Shown here in pieces: positions 1 through 13,200 of a stretch of DNA of 64,000 nucleotides. A program made the position numbers and the translations under genes. Position 1 is the first letter of the stretch; each line of letters opens with the position of its first letter. The notes under the pieces are model-generated. The model made no database searches. It saw only the letters and a program-made list of their open reading frames with translations, and had not been told where the DNA came from. Source of the stretch: the human T2T-CHM13v2.0 reference genome, Homo sapiens; the NCBI RefSeq assembly GCF_009914755.1, contig NC_060934.1. One strand, 5' to 3'.

Positions 1-904
1 TTCATGTGATTGCTTTACCAGTGAGTTTTATACTTTCATGTGTTTTCCTGGTTGTAAATGTTGTCTTTTTACTTCCATGTTTAGGAATGAGTTGAGCATT
101 TCTTGTAGGGCCAGTCTAGTGGTGACAAATTTCTTTAGGATTTGCTTGCCTGGAAAAGATTCATATATACTTTATTTATGAAGTTTAGCCTTGCTGAATG
201 TGGAATTCTTAGCTGACATTATTTTTTCTTTCAGCATTTTGAAAATGCCATTCCACTGTTTTCTGGCCTTTATGATTTCTGCTGAGAAATCCACTGTTAG
301 TCTGATGGGGTCTCCTTCATAGGTGAGTAGATGTACTTCTCTTTCTGGTTTTAGAATCTATGCATTTACATTGATTTGAGACAGTCAGATTTTAATGTGC
401 TGTGGTGAAGTCCTTTTTCACTGCATTTGTTAGGGAACACTGAGCCTTCCATATCTGAATGTCTAAATCTCTTGCTAAATGTGGAAAGATTTTATCTGTT
501 ATTTCATTAAATAGGTTCTCTAGGTCTTTTGAATTCTCATAACCCTTAAGAATACAATTCATAATTTGGTTTGTCCTATGGAGTCCCAAATGTCTCAAAG
601 AGTTTCACTTATTTTAAAAATTTATTTTGCAAAATTTTGTCTTAATTATTTTAAAGGACCTACTTCAAGTCATGGAATTTTTTTCTTTTCCTTGGTATAG
701 CCTATTTTTTAATGTTTTAAATGTGTTTTGTATTTCCTCCAATATATTTTTTTTCCTTCAGAATTTCTGGGTTTTCTTTTCTTTTCTTTTTTGAGATACC
801 TATTTCCTTTCTCATTTGTACCTTGAATTGATTTTCTCACTTTCTTTTATTGGTTTTCAGATTTCCCATGCATCTCACTGAACTTCTTTAAACTTAATGT
901 TTTG

Positions 905-1052
905 TAATTTTTAGGGGGTGATGAATATATTTATTATCATGATAGTGGTGATGGTTTCATGGGCATACATGTGTCAAAACTTAACCAAATTTTACACCAT
1001 AAACAGGTGCAATTTATTGTATGGCAATTATACATCAATCAAAATGTTAAAA
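905..1052 (+). mobile_element. 3'-terminal fragment of an ancient L1 (L1MC/MD/ME-like)
   Basis: gggggtgatgaatatatttattatcatgatagtggtgatggtttcatgg...gtgcaatttattgtatggcaattatacatcaat resembles old L1M 3' ends. Confidence 0.7.
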
Positions 1053-1079
1053 TAGAGCCACAAAATCCTTTCGATTTCT

Positions 1080-1780
1080 CTCAATACGAGATGGATTATA
1101 ATTCTCTTCCCCTGAGTGTGGGCTGGCCTTAGTGTATCATTTGACCATTAGAATATAGCAGATACTGGGACTTCTGAATGTAGGGCATAAGAGGCCTTGC
1201 ATCTTTGGTACAGCTGTCTGGGAACACTCTGAAAGCCCTGAGCTGCCACATAAGAAGTCTGGCTACCTTGAGACTGTGATGCTAGAGAGGCCATGTGTAG
1301 ATACTCCAGTTGAAGCTCCCAGCTGAGCCCAACCTTCTCCATCAAAGTGCCGGACATGTGAGTGACCAACCCAGCCCAGCCCAGATAACATCTGAATACC
1401 ACAGGGTAACCTTTGTTACTATCATGTGGAAAAAAAAAATATTACCCCAATTGAGCCCTGTTTGAGTTTCTGACATCTGGAATTGTGAGATATATTATAA
1501 TGAAATGCCTATTGTTTAAAGCCATTAGAAAGTTTTGGGGAAGTTTATTATGCAGCAGTAGATAACAAGAAATGAATTTGGCACATGGAAGTCGGAAGTG
1601 CTTTTTTAACAAAACTACGTGGCATTGAATTGGTACCGGGTAAGGGGCAGAAGCTGGAAGAGCCATGAAGAGACTGACAGTGAAGGGCTGAAGGACAATG
1701 AGGAAAATGTTATTAGAGCTGGAGAAGATATGACACATTATGTGGTGTAAGAAGTCTTGTGAACCTGCTGACTTTAAATA
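1080..1780 (+). mobile_element. MLT1-type MaLR LTR (3' part) followed by start of MLT1 internal sequence
   Basis: LTR end motif tttaaagcca...gcagcagtagataac (~1575), then MaLR-internal-like gaatttggcacatggaagt...gcagaagctggaagag. Confidence 0.7.
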
Positions 1781-1838
1781 ATATTTTTGAATTTTTCTCT
1801 GATATTTTGAGGACTTATTTTTGGTTAAGATCTTTCCT

Positions 1839-2155
<317 letters not shown>

Positions 2156-4230
2156 TTATATTCCTTTAGGGATGTCATATGTCCTTGCTTTCTTATGTTT
2201 CTTATGTCTGTACATTGATTTCTGTGCATCTGATGTAAAAGTCACTTTTTATTTTTGAATTTACTTTCTTTGAGGGTGAGGATTTTTTTCCTGAAGATGT
2301 GACTATAATGTTGGTTGGGTAGGGTTTGTTGGCTTTGCATTCAATCATGAAGTCTCTGTGTGATTTCTTTGGCTGTAAATATCATTAGTGGTATCTGTGG
2401 TTTCCTCAGTGCATTACAGTGTGGTTATTGCTAGGGGCTACAGTGAAGTTGTGATGGCTACACTGAAGTGCTGTATGGGCCCATCTCTAGGTTTCAGTGG
2501 TAGTGTTGGTGAACTAAGCTTATCTATCCTTTTGACCTATAGTGACATATGCTGGCACCTGTGTTGGTGACTCCAGGCAGGCCACCAGCAGGGTAGCTTA
2601 CTCAGATGCCAGTTGTAATTGTAGCATACCGGGAGGGCAAATGGACTCTCAAACTTCTGGACAGCCATGGTGGCATGGGCAATGTAGGTAGAAGAAGTGG
2701 CGAAATGCTCTTCCAAGTCTCAAGTGCTCTTCTGAGTCCCAATTGTGTTGGCAATGGTTGCAATGGGCTGTGTATGCCAGTGTCTAGGCCAGTTGTTGGC
2801 ACTTGCAGGTAAAAGCCAGCTGTGATGGAAGCAGTGTGTGGTTTATGCCCAACTTCGGTGCCCCCAAAAGACACAATTTGTTGTCCCAGGTGGTGGATTA
2901 GATTGGGGAACCTCCCCAGGACCCTGGATCCTGCACTTTGTCCTAAGGAAGGGGTGATACTGGATGGAGCTGAATTACACTCAGGTTCCCCCAGTGGTGA
3001 GTGCCTGCACAGATGTATTTGATAGGAGTTAGGCAATCCTCAGGGGGCTGGTGAAATGCTTGGGTGAGGGGCAACTGTCACTGCTCTGGGGTCCTGCCAC
3101 AGGGACGGGGGTGGTGGTCTCAGCATCCACAACTTTGACTGGTGACTGGTGGTTGGGTAAATTTATCCCTCTCATGCCCAGCCCCACTGGGGCTTGCTCC
3201 CTCCTCCCACCTGTCACAGACAACCTGGCTATTCTGTCAGACCTGAGAAATTTATGCTGTTCTTTAGTTCAACCCTGGTTCATAGGAACTCCTCCACAGC
3301 TCAAGACCAAGCCACTGTGACAGCTGTCACCCTGCTCAAGTCCTTGGGATAATGACCACTTTCAGTGCTGTTGGCTGCAGTCCATGTCATGCTTGCTTCT
3401 CAGTCTTGGTTGTGTTAGCCCACTCCCTGCTCATGCCCCAGTTCCATGAGCAGCAGCTTGAGTTTCCTTAATGACTAGGAATGTCAACAACCCTGATAAC
3501 TAGGACCATGAACAGTCTGTTAAGAGCTAAGATTAAAAATGGCATCTTGCTATAGCTTCTTAGGCTATAGGAAGTGTGTGGAACCAAGGGCATGTTCCCT
3601 CCCTTGAGTGGTTTCTTCTCTCAGTCACCTGATTCAGGGTCACCCTTTGCTAGATTCAGGGAATGGGAGGGTCAAAGTGCTCTCCCATGATCTAGATTTT
3701 ATGATTCCCCGGTGAGAAAATGGACCAGAGAAAAGCTGTTGCTTACTTTCTCCTATATTATAGAGTCACTCCTGATTTCCAGCCAGTCTTGGCCACACAG
3801 GCTGCCTGTTTTTCTTTTCCTTTCTAGTTTTTGCCATTTCCTGTCACTTTTCTGTTGAACTCTTGCATTCTCTCTTGGATAATGTACTGAATGTATGATT
3901 GTCTATATACTATTATGGTACTAAATGGATGCAGCTGGCTTGAAATGCTCCTAGTCAGCCATCTTCAAAAAAATTTGTACAGATGTTGAATCATGCAAAC
4001 TTGCTGAACTCATTTATTCGTTCTAGTGGGTTTTTCAAAATTCCTTAGAAATTTTTATTTGCATGATACTGTAAAGTTTCCAATCCCCAGGTGGAGGCCA
4101 TTGATTATTTTTGTTGCATGATATCTTTCACTAAGACCTTCAGTATAATGTTGAATAGAAGTGGTAGAAACAGATATTCTTGTCTTGTTTCTAAAGTAAC
4201 TTTCCCAAACTATAATAATACTTTCCCAAA

Positions 4231-4638
4231 GTATTATTATACTTTATTTTCTAGGGTACATGTGCACAAAGTGCAGGTTTGTTACATAGGTATACATGTG
4301 CCACATTGGTTTGCTGCATCCATCTCGTCACTCACTTAGGTATTTCTCCTAATGCTATCCCTCCCCCAGCCCCCACCCCCCAACAGGCCACAGCATGTGA
4401 TGTTTCCCTCCCCTGTGTCCATGTGTTCTCATTGTTCAGCTCCCACTTATGAGTGAGAACATGTGGTGTTTGATTTTCTCTCCTTGTGATATTTTGCTGA
4501 GAATGATGCTTTCCAGCTTCATTCATGTCCCTGCAAAAGACATGAAATCATCCTTTTTATGGCTGCATAGTATTCCATGGTGTATATGTGCCACATTTTC
4601 TTTATCCTGTCTATTATTGATGGACATTTGGGTTAGTT
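4231..4638 (-). mobile_element. L1PA 3' end fragment (~400 bp) without poly(A) tail
   Basis: tattattatacttt...ctagggtacatgtgcac...caggtttgttacataggtatacatgtgcca; typical L1PA 3' UTR. Confidence 0.9.
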
Positions 4639-4685
4639 ATCAATTCTAATCCGTGATATCATGCTGTTTTCTTGTCCTGCCTCAG

Positions 4686-4937
4686 CACCAATGACCTGAA
4701 GAGCCTTGTTGAAGGAAGACTCCATCTGATGACTCAGAGCAAGTATTTTTTAGTGTGTTATTGTTATTAGCAGAAAGAGGGCCATAAAATACATGGGGCA
4801 AGCTGAATATATCTTAGGCAAAAGAAGAAAATATTCAAATTCTTATGTTATTTTATCTAATTATTTTATCTCTTTTTGTGTGTGACTTATAATGTGTGTA
4901 TTGTATTAATAAAAGTATATAAACATGTAGTTTACAA
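4686..4937 (+). other. Candidate 3'-terminal exon of a non-coding transcript
   Basis: Branch-like tctaat (~4645-4650), pyrimidine tract and CAG acceptor (AG 4684-4685), TGTA elements, AATAAA 4908-4913, CA at 4935-4936. Confidence 0.4.
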
Positions 4938-5779
4938 ATAGTTGCCAATGTTATTAGTGCATATCCAAGTATTATATTACTGGAAGTATAATCCTGAAAA
5001 TATAGAGACCATTAAGCTCTTAAGTCAATAGTATCCTGATGCTTTTCCTGGTTCCATCATGATAGCTGAGGAAAATTGTGCTGAGGGTGCAGAGAGATGC
5101 TAAAGAACTATCAGTTATTGGTTCTGGCAGTAAGATAAATGTTTCTTTACTAACTTACGCTCTTGGACAAAGATAACAATTTTAACTATAAAATGTGTTT
5201 CTTATAAACTCATAGATATCAGGAGGTTGTAGAGCAATGTTCTACAGTATAGTCATAATTGATCTTGACATATCATTGGACCCACTTTTATCTCAAAAGA
5301 AACTGATTAATTGTGGTAGTTTTTCATTTTTTTGTGATGTAAGGGTAAATTGTTCGAGTCACTGGATTAAATAGATTTTATAGCACAACGATGCCTACAT
5401 CCTGGCAAATAACATTAGTAGCTGCAAAATTGTTCAGTGAAATCATGCAAGGTGTTCTGATGTTGTGGATTTCCTGAGACAACTTGAGGAAAATTATATT
5501 TTAAATTGGAGACCAAAGTATTGTTCAAGGCGTAAGAGGGGATTCCTGTATTAAGTGGGATCTCAAAAAAAAATCATGATGTGATCATTTTGATGCAACT
5601 TTATGGTTTTTATAAAGTTATTGCAAGTAGTGTTTACTCTCTTTAAAAGTCAGTGATGGATATCAGAAATATGCTGATGTGTTGAAATGAATTTAGATAA
5701 AGAATCTCTTAGATGGAAACTAAACTGGGAAAAACCCAGCACCATTTTTATGTGGTACAGCTGAGGGTTTTGGTAAGCA

Positions 5780-6030
5780 CAATAATGCCCTCCAAAGATG
5801 TTTATGTTCTACTTCTCAGATATTGGGAATATATTATGTTTCATGGCAATGGGCATACAAAGTTATACATAGGATCAAGATTGCTAATCTTCTGATGAAA
5901 AATAGGGATATTATAATGAATTATAATGGTGAATTCAGTGTAGTAACTAGGGTCCAGAAATGTGAAAGAGATATAGAGAATGTAAAATGTCAAAATGATG
6001 GCATCTTAGAAAGACAACCAGATAATGTTT
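5780..6030 (+). mobile_element. MLT1 (MLT1D-like) LTR fragment
   Basis: aataatgccctccaaagatg...gattgctaatc...atagggatattat...gtagtaactagggtcc resembles the MLT1 5' half. Confidence 0.6.
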
Positions 6031-6457
6031 TTTTCAACTGTTTGCTTTGGTAATTTTCTCCATATTAGCTTAAAATTCCACCAAGTTCCCATAAACTGTA
6101 TACATAAAATTGGATAATTTTATGTTAACAGCATCAATATAAAGTGAGAGAATATAGAACAAAAGTATAATGTCTAAAAGGGGAGGCCCAGGTACAATTA
6201 GAGTATAGATAGTGTACATTTTATAAGGTCATAATTGTGGATGGCTTGGTGAGACAAATATTAATACATGTATGTTTTACTAATAATATTTATTAAATTA
6301 TTACGTACACAATTTGGTATAGAAAATAATGTAGAGACTGAATTATCAAGAAGTCATATGAGATAGTCTGGGTTTATCAAGGGTAAGAGGATAGTATAAA
6401 AATGAAGATGATTTGTGAGGATATTAACTACTAAGTAATAAACACTGATGATATGAA

Positions 6458-6472
6458 GTCTTTCTTTTCCAG
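6458..6472 (+). promoter_or_regulatory. Splice acceptor of the V1R coding exon
   Basis: gtctttcttttccAG 52 nt upstream of the ATG; V1R genes have spliced 5' UTR exons and a single coding exon. Confidence 0.55.
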
Positions 6473-6524
6473 ATATACAAAATAGGTTTTCTCTTTGCCA
6501 TTTGGAAGAACCCACTTTCCACTT

Positions 6525-7486
6525 ATGTTATCATTAAAAGATCCCTTTTATTTCCAAGCTGGCACTGGGGTCCGCCAGCACTTTCTTGTTTTTTTTTTTT
6601 TTTCTCCACATCTTCACATTCTTTCTGAATAACAAGCCTAAGTCCCCATGACCTGATCACCTGTCAGGTGATCACCTTGGCCATCACCTTGGCCTTTATT
6701 CACCTAGTGATGCTTCTCATAGTAATGGATTTGTTGTCTCCAGATGTATTTGAGTCACTGCATTTTTGGAATGACTTCAGATGTAAAGTGTAATTCTACC
6801 TGAGCAGAGTGACAAGGGGCCTCTCCATCTGCACCTCCTGCCTCCTGAGTACTCTCCAGGCCATCACCATCAATCCTAGCACCTCCTGGTTGGCAAGAGT
6901 TAAACATAAATCCACAAATTACATTATCCATGTTTTCTTCTCTTTTTGGTTCCTCAATTTATTTTCCAGAAGTAACATGATCATGTACACCGTAGCTTAT
7001 TTCAAGTGACACAGACCAGGCAACTGACAAATACCGACAAGTAAATATTGTTCATTTTCCTAGGTAATCTCTATAATCAAGGGGACTGATTTTTATTCTG
7101 GAATTTTCCCCAAATGTTTTCTTTGTAGAAATTATGTTGCTCTCAATTGTGTGCATGGTAGTACTCTTGTTTAACCATCAGAGGTGATCCCATCACCTTC
7201 ACAGCCCCAGCCTCTGCTCCAGTCCCTCCCCAGCGAAAAGGGCCGCCCATGCCATCCTGCTGCTGGTGATTTGCTTTGTGGTCATGGACTCAGTGGACAT
7301 CATTATTTTATTAACCGTGTGGTAGGTTTTTAACTCAGTTATCCTGGATATCCAAAGGTTTGTGGTCCATCTTTAGGCTTCCGTTTGTTCTTTGGTACAG
7401 ATCAGTGTGTCCTTTGGTACAAATCAATTGATAAAGGAATAATCAATGTTCTGCAAAAAATAAATTCAAAGAGGCATCATTTTTAA
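6525..7486 (+). pseudogene. Vomeronasal type-1 receptor (V1R/VN1R family) pseudogene
   Basis: Manual translation gives V1R motifs: MLSLKDPFYFQAG, KPK..DLITCQ, LAFIHLVML, FESLHFWNDFRCKV*FYLSRVTRGLSICTSCLLSTLQAITINPSTSWLARVKHK, HQR*SHHLHS, SPAKRAAHAILLLVICFVVM, LVQIS..DKGII; in-frame stops at 6791 and 7185 plus frameshifts; intronless. Confidence 0.95.
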
Positions 7487-8127
7487 TAAGATCATAACAG
7501 AAAAATAATCCTCTGAAAAAACAGATTTTTCCTTCAACAGTTAAATTACTGAAGGTAGCACAGGATTTTCATCTGACTTAAGTACAATGTGTAAAATTGT
7601 AATTTCATATCTAAATATTTTTGAATTTCATGCTACCAAGAATTATTTGGTTTCTTTAGTTCAAAGTCCACCAGATTTTGATCTTCCCAAATCAAGTCTC
7701 TTACTCTTTAATTTTTAACTGTATTCACAAAAAGCATTTCTTTCTTCTTGAAGTGTACTCTTAAGAAGCTCCTATTTGTAACCAAAAAACATAGTGTTTT
7801 TTCTTTTGAAAGTATTTTAGTCTTTTTTTGACTAAGGCATTTTAGCTAAGTATCTAATTGTTGCTTTAATGATATTTTACTCACCTCTATTAGTATTCAT
7901 TTCTCTGTTTTTGGCTCCACAAGAGCTGTGGAATTTTTCTCTCATCTTTGCAAGTTATGTATTTTTCTCTTGCTGATTTTTAGTGTTTTCCTCATTTTTG
8001 GTGTTATACAGATTATGATTTCTTTTATGTATTATTTATTTTTTTCTTTTTTGGACACACAATTTCTGAATTCAAGGATTCATGTTTTCAATTGTAGAAA
8101 CTTATATTTATATTACGAATTCTTTGA

Positions 8128-8708
<581 letters not shown>

Positions 8709-9329
8709 AACTATTGCTGTTTATTTTTAAATATATTTTAAAGAAACAATTAGATTTGTTTTCTTTCTCATTCTTTTACTTCTACTCTTCATGTATGTAT
8801 AATTATATTTGTGTTTTCTATTACCTTTTCTCCTTTTACTGTATTGGACTATAATAATTGTGCTCACTAATTTCTGTTCACTAATATTATCAGCTTAGAT
8901 AATACTTTAATTTTTAACTTATATATTGAGTATTAAATTGATCAGTTTTATTTGTAATTATCTATCTTCCGCTTGGCTGAATATAACTTCTTAAGCTTAT
9001 AACTTCTTGTTCTTTCCATGTTATTTTTTTCTTTTTTTTAATGTATTGAATTTCTTCTGACACTCATTCTAGTAACTTTTTTCTCGGTGTGCAACGTAAG
9101 TTATAATTTGTTTCTCAGATTTGAGATCTGCCATAAGTTTGAGGCTTTATTTTTTTTTTTTATTTGCTTTATGGCAAGTCGGACAACCTGCATGGATTTG
9201 GCATCAATGTAGTCACCCATATCTAAGAGCAGCACTTGCTTCTTAGCATGATGAGTTGTTTCTGGATTGTTTCTTTATTTTACTTATATTCCTGGTAGAT
9301 TCTTATATTTTCCCTTCAACTCTATTCAG

Positions 9330-10125
9330 CATTTTAGGAATTCTTAGGACTTTCTGAGAATTTTAGCTTTCTGTATTAAATGTTTTTAATGAGTATTGCA
9401 TTTTCTCAAAAAGCACAAATATCAATAGTGTACACATGAGGAAAACTATATATATATTCTGTTGCAGATGACAGCATCTCATAACAAAATCCTAGTTACT
9501 TCATTTAAAAGACAGCTCTCCTCCAATATACTATGAGGTAACAAAAATTTGTAGTGTGTAATTTTTTTAATATTAGAAAACTCATCTTACATTGTGCACA
9601 AATTTCTGAAGTGATAATACTTCACTGTTTTTCTATAGAAGTAACTTAATATTGGCAAAATTACTTATTTGAATTTAGGTTTTGGCTTTCATCATATACT
9701 TCCTCATTAACATTTCCCTCAATCCATAAATGCAATCTCAGTTTGAATCTTCCATTTAACCCAGAAGTTAATTTTTAAAACCTTAATAAAATTTGAATGT
9801 AGCTAGATATTATTTGTTGGTTACATATTAGTCAATAATTTATATTACTTACAATGATCAGAAAATATGATCTGAATTTCTGCTGTCATAAATTCAATAA
9901 CGTATTTTAGGCCTAAACCTTTCCATTTCAAATCCTTGGGTCTGGTAATTGAAAATAATCATTATCTTTTGTTTTCTGGCCAAAAATGCTGCCCATTTAT
10001 TTCTATCCCTAATTAGTCAAACTTTCTAATAAATGTATTTAACGTTAATGATGTTTATTTGCTTGTTGTATACTAAAACCATTAGTTTCTATAATTTAAA
10101 TGTCACCTAATATGAGTGAAAATGT
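9330..10125. repeat. Diverged AT-rich block paralogous to 14335-15170
   Basis: Colinear shared words: cagcatctc, actgttttt(t)ctatag, taatattggca, cctcaatccataaa, ccagaagt, atattatttgttg, gctgcccatttattt, ctttctaataaa, aaaatgtgt. Confidence 0.8.
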
Positions 10126-10290
10126 GTCAGAGGCTGGGGAAGAATGTGGATGGAGAAAGGGAAGGTGTTGATCAAAAAGTACCCAAGTTTCAGTTACACA
10201 GGAGGCATGAGATTGATCTAGTGCAAAAAATGATGAGTATAATAAATAATAATGCACTGTATATTTTGAAATTGCTAAAAGTAGATTTAA
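10126..10290 (+). mobile_element. L1MA 3' end fragment
   Basis: cagaggctgggga...aagtttcagtta...ataataatgcactgtatattttgaaattgctaaaagtagattt. Confidence 0.75.
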
Positions 10291-13200
10291 AATTGATTTA
10301 CATAATATTTTACATATTTATAAAGCACATGCAATATGTTGTTACATGTATAGAATGTGCAACGATCAAGTCAGGGTATCTGTGGTATCCACCACTTTGA
10401 GCATTTATCGATTCTATATGTCAGGAACATTTCAAGTTATCTGTTCTAGCAAGGAAATATAAAATACATTATAGTTAACTATGGCCTATCTACAGTGCAA
10501 CTAAACACTAGATTTTATTCCTTTCCAACTGTGGGTTTGTATTCATTTACCACCCTCTTTTCATTCCCTTTCTCACCCACACACTGTGCCGGGCCTCAGG
10601 CATATACTATTCTACTGTCTGTCTCTGTAAGGATTATCATTTTAGCTTCCACATATGAGAGAATGCATGCAAAGTTTTTCTTTCCATGTCTGGCTTATTT
10701 CACTTAACAAAATGACCTCCGCTTCCATCCATGTTATTTATATTACCCAATAGTGTTCATAAATATATATACACACATATATACCACATTGCATTTGTCC
10801 AATTATTCATTGACGGAAACTGGTTAATGTTATATCGTTGCTATTGTGAATAGTGCTGCAATAAACACGCAAGTGGGGATATAATTTGAAGAGTTTTTTT
10901 GTTGATGTTCCATACAAATTTTAAGATTGTTTTGTCTATGTTTGTGAAAATGGCGTTAGTATTTTCATAGAGATTGCATTGAATCTGTAGATTGCTTTGG
11001 GTAAGTATGGTTATTTTGATGGTATTAATTTTTTCATTCCATGAAGATGAGATGTCTTTCCATTTGTTTGTGTCCTCTACATTTTCTTTCATCAAAGTTT
11101 TGTTGTATTTTTGAAGTAGATGTATTTCACCTTATAGATCAAGTGTATTCCCTAAATATTTTATTTTTGTAGCTATTGTAGATGAAATTGCCTTCTCGAT
11201 TTCTTTTTCACTTAATTCATTATTAGTGTATGGAAATGTTATGGATTTTTATTTGTTGGTTTTTAATCAAAAACTGTATTAAACTTAGAGTTTTTTGTGG
11301 AGTTTTTAAGTTTTTCTAGATATAAGATCATGACATCTACCAAAAAAAAAAAAAAGACAATTTGACTTTGTTTTTATGAATGAATTTTATTTCTTTCCGT
11401 TGTGGGAAGTCAGGGACTCCGAACAGAGGAACCAGCTGAAGCCACGGCAGAACAACATAAATTGTGAAGATTTCATGGACATTTATTAGTTCCCCAAATT
11501 AATACTTTTATAATTTCTTACTCCTGTCTTTACTGCAGTCTCTGAACATAAATTGTGAAGATTTCATGGACATTTATCACTTCCCCAATCAATACTCTTA
11601 CAATTTCCTATGCCTGTTTTTACTTTAATCTCTTAATCCTGTCATCTTCATAAGCTGAGGATTTTGTCACCTCAGGACCCTGTGATGATTGTGTTATCTG
11701 CAAAAATTGTTTATAAAGCATGTGTGTTTGAACAATATGAAATCTGAGCACCTTAAAAAGAACAGGATAACAGTGATTTTCAGGGAACCAGGGAGATAAC
11801 CATACAGTCTGACTGCCTGTGGGGCCAGACAGAACCGAGTCATATTTCTCTTCTTTCAGAAAGCGAACAGGAGAAATATCGCTGAATTCTTTTCTCAGCA
11901 AGGAATAACCCTGGAAAAAGGAAGGAATGCATTCCCAGGAGGAGGTCTCTAAAATGGCCACTCTAGGATTGTCTGTCTTATGCAGTTGCAGATAAGGGAT
12001 GAAATACTCCCTGGTCTCCTGCAGCACCCCCAGGCTTGTTAGGATTGGGAAATTCCAGCCTGGTGAAATTCTAGTCAGACCGGTTCTCTGCTCTTGAACC
12101 CTGTTTCCTGTTAAGATATTTATCCATGAAAATGTGTGCCCAGAAGGTCATCGACCTTCATCAGTAATTCTAGTTTCCCCCAGTCTTGTGATCTCACTCT
12201 GCCTCTCTGCTGTTGTGATATTTTATTGCCTTTCAAACATGTGATCTCTGTGACCCACTCCCTATTCATACACCCCTCCCCTTTTGAAACCCCTAATAAA
12301 AACTTGATGGTTTTGTGGCTCAAGGGGCATCATGGAAACTGCCAACATGTGATGTGTCCCCCGGACACCCAGCTTTAAAATTTCTCTCTTTTGTACTCTT
12401 CTCTTTATTTCTCAGACCGGCCAACACTTAGGGGAAATAAAAAAGGACCTACATTGAAATATTGGGGGCTGGATCCCCTGATATCTTTCTCTTACCTGAT
12501 AGCTCTGGCCAGAACTTCTAGTACTACAATGAATAGGAGTAGTGAAAATGGGTGTCCTTGTCTTGTTCCCGTGCTTAGAGGAAAGGCTGTGAGCTTTTCA
12601 CCATTCAGCATAGTATTAGCTGTGACTTTGATTATATGACCTTTATTATGTTGAGGTATGTTTCTTCTATGATATGCCTAGTTGGCTGAGATTTTTTTAT
12701 TGTGAAGACCTGTTGAATTTTATCAAATGCATTTTCTGTATTGTTTGAAATAATTATATGATTTTTGCCCTTCATTTTGTTGATGCGATGTAAAATGTGT
12801 ATTGGTTTACCTATGTTGAACCATCATTGCGTCCCAGAGATAGATCCCACTTGATCATACTGTATTATTATTTTTGATATGCTACTGAATTTGGTTTTCT
12901 AGTATTTTTTGAGAATTTTTGTGTCTGTGTATATCAGGAATATTGGCCTGTAGTTCCTTTCAGTCTTGTGTTCTTGTCTGATTTTGATATCAAGGTAATG
13001 CTGGCCTAATAATATGAGTTACAGAGAATTTCTTCCTTTTAACTTTAATGTTTTGATATGGTTTGAGGAGAACTGGTGTTAGCTTTCTTTGAAAGTTTGG
13101 TAGAATTTGGCAGTGAAGCCATCCAGGCCTGGACTTTTCTTTGTTGGGAGACTTCTTATTACTGACTCAATCTCATTACTCATTATCAGTCTACTCAGGT

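Noticed and set aside
2602-3320. Overlapping ORFs apparently conserved with 43145-43889
   Set aside because: Similarity simply reflects the duplicated L1 5' UTR; indels and stops differ between copies
11342-11355. A14 tract as an mRNA 3' end or retrocopy tail
   Set aside because: Genomic expansion inside L1 ORF2; would cause oligo-dT internal priming artefacts
11452-11630. Repeat-spacer-like array (aacataaattgtgaagatttcatggacattta x2)
   Set aside because: Known internal duplication of MER11; not CRISPR-like
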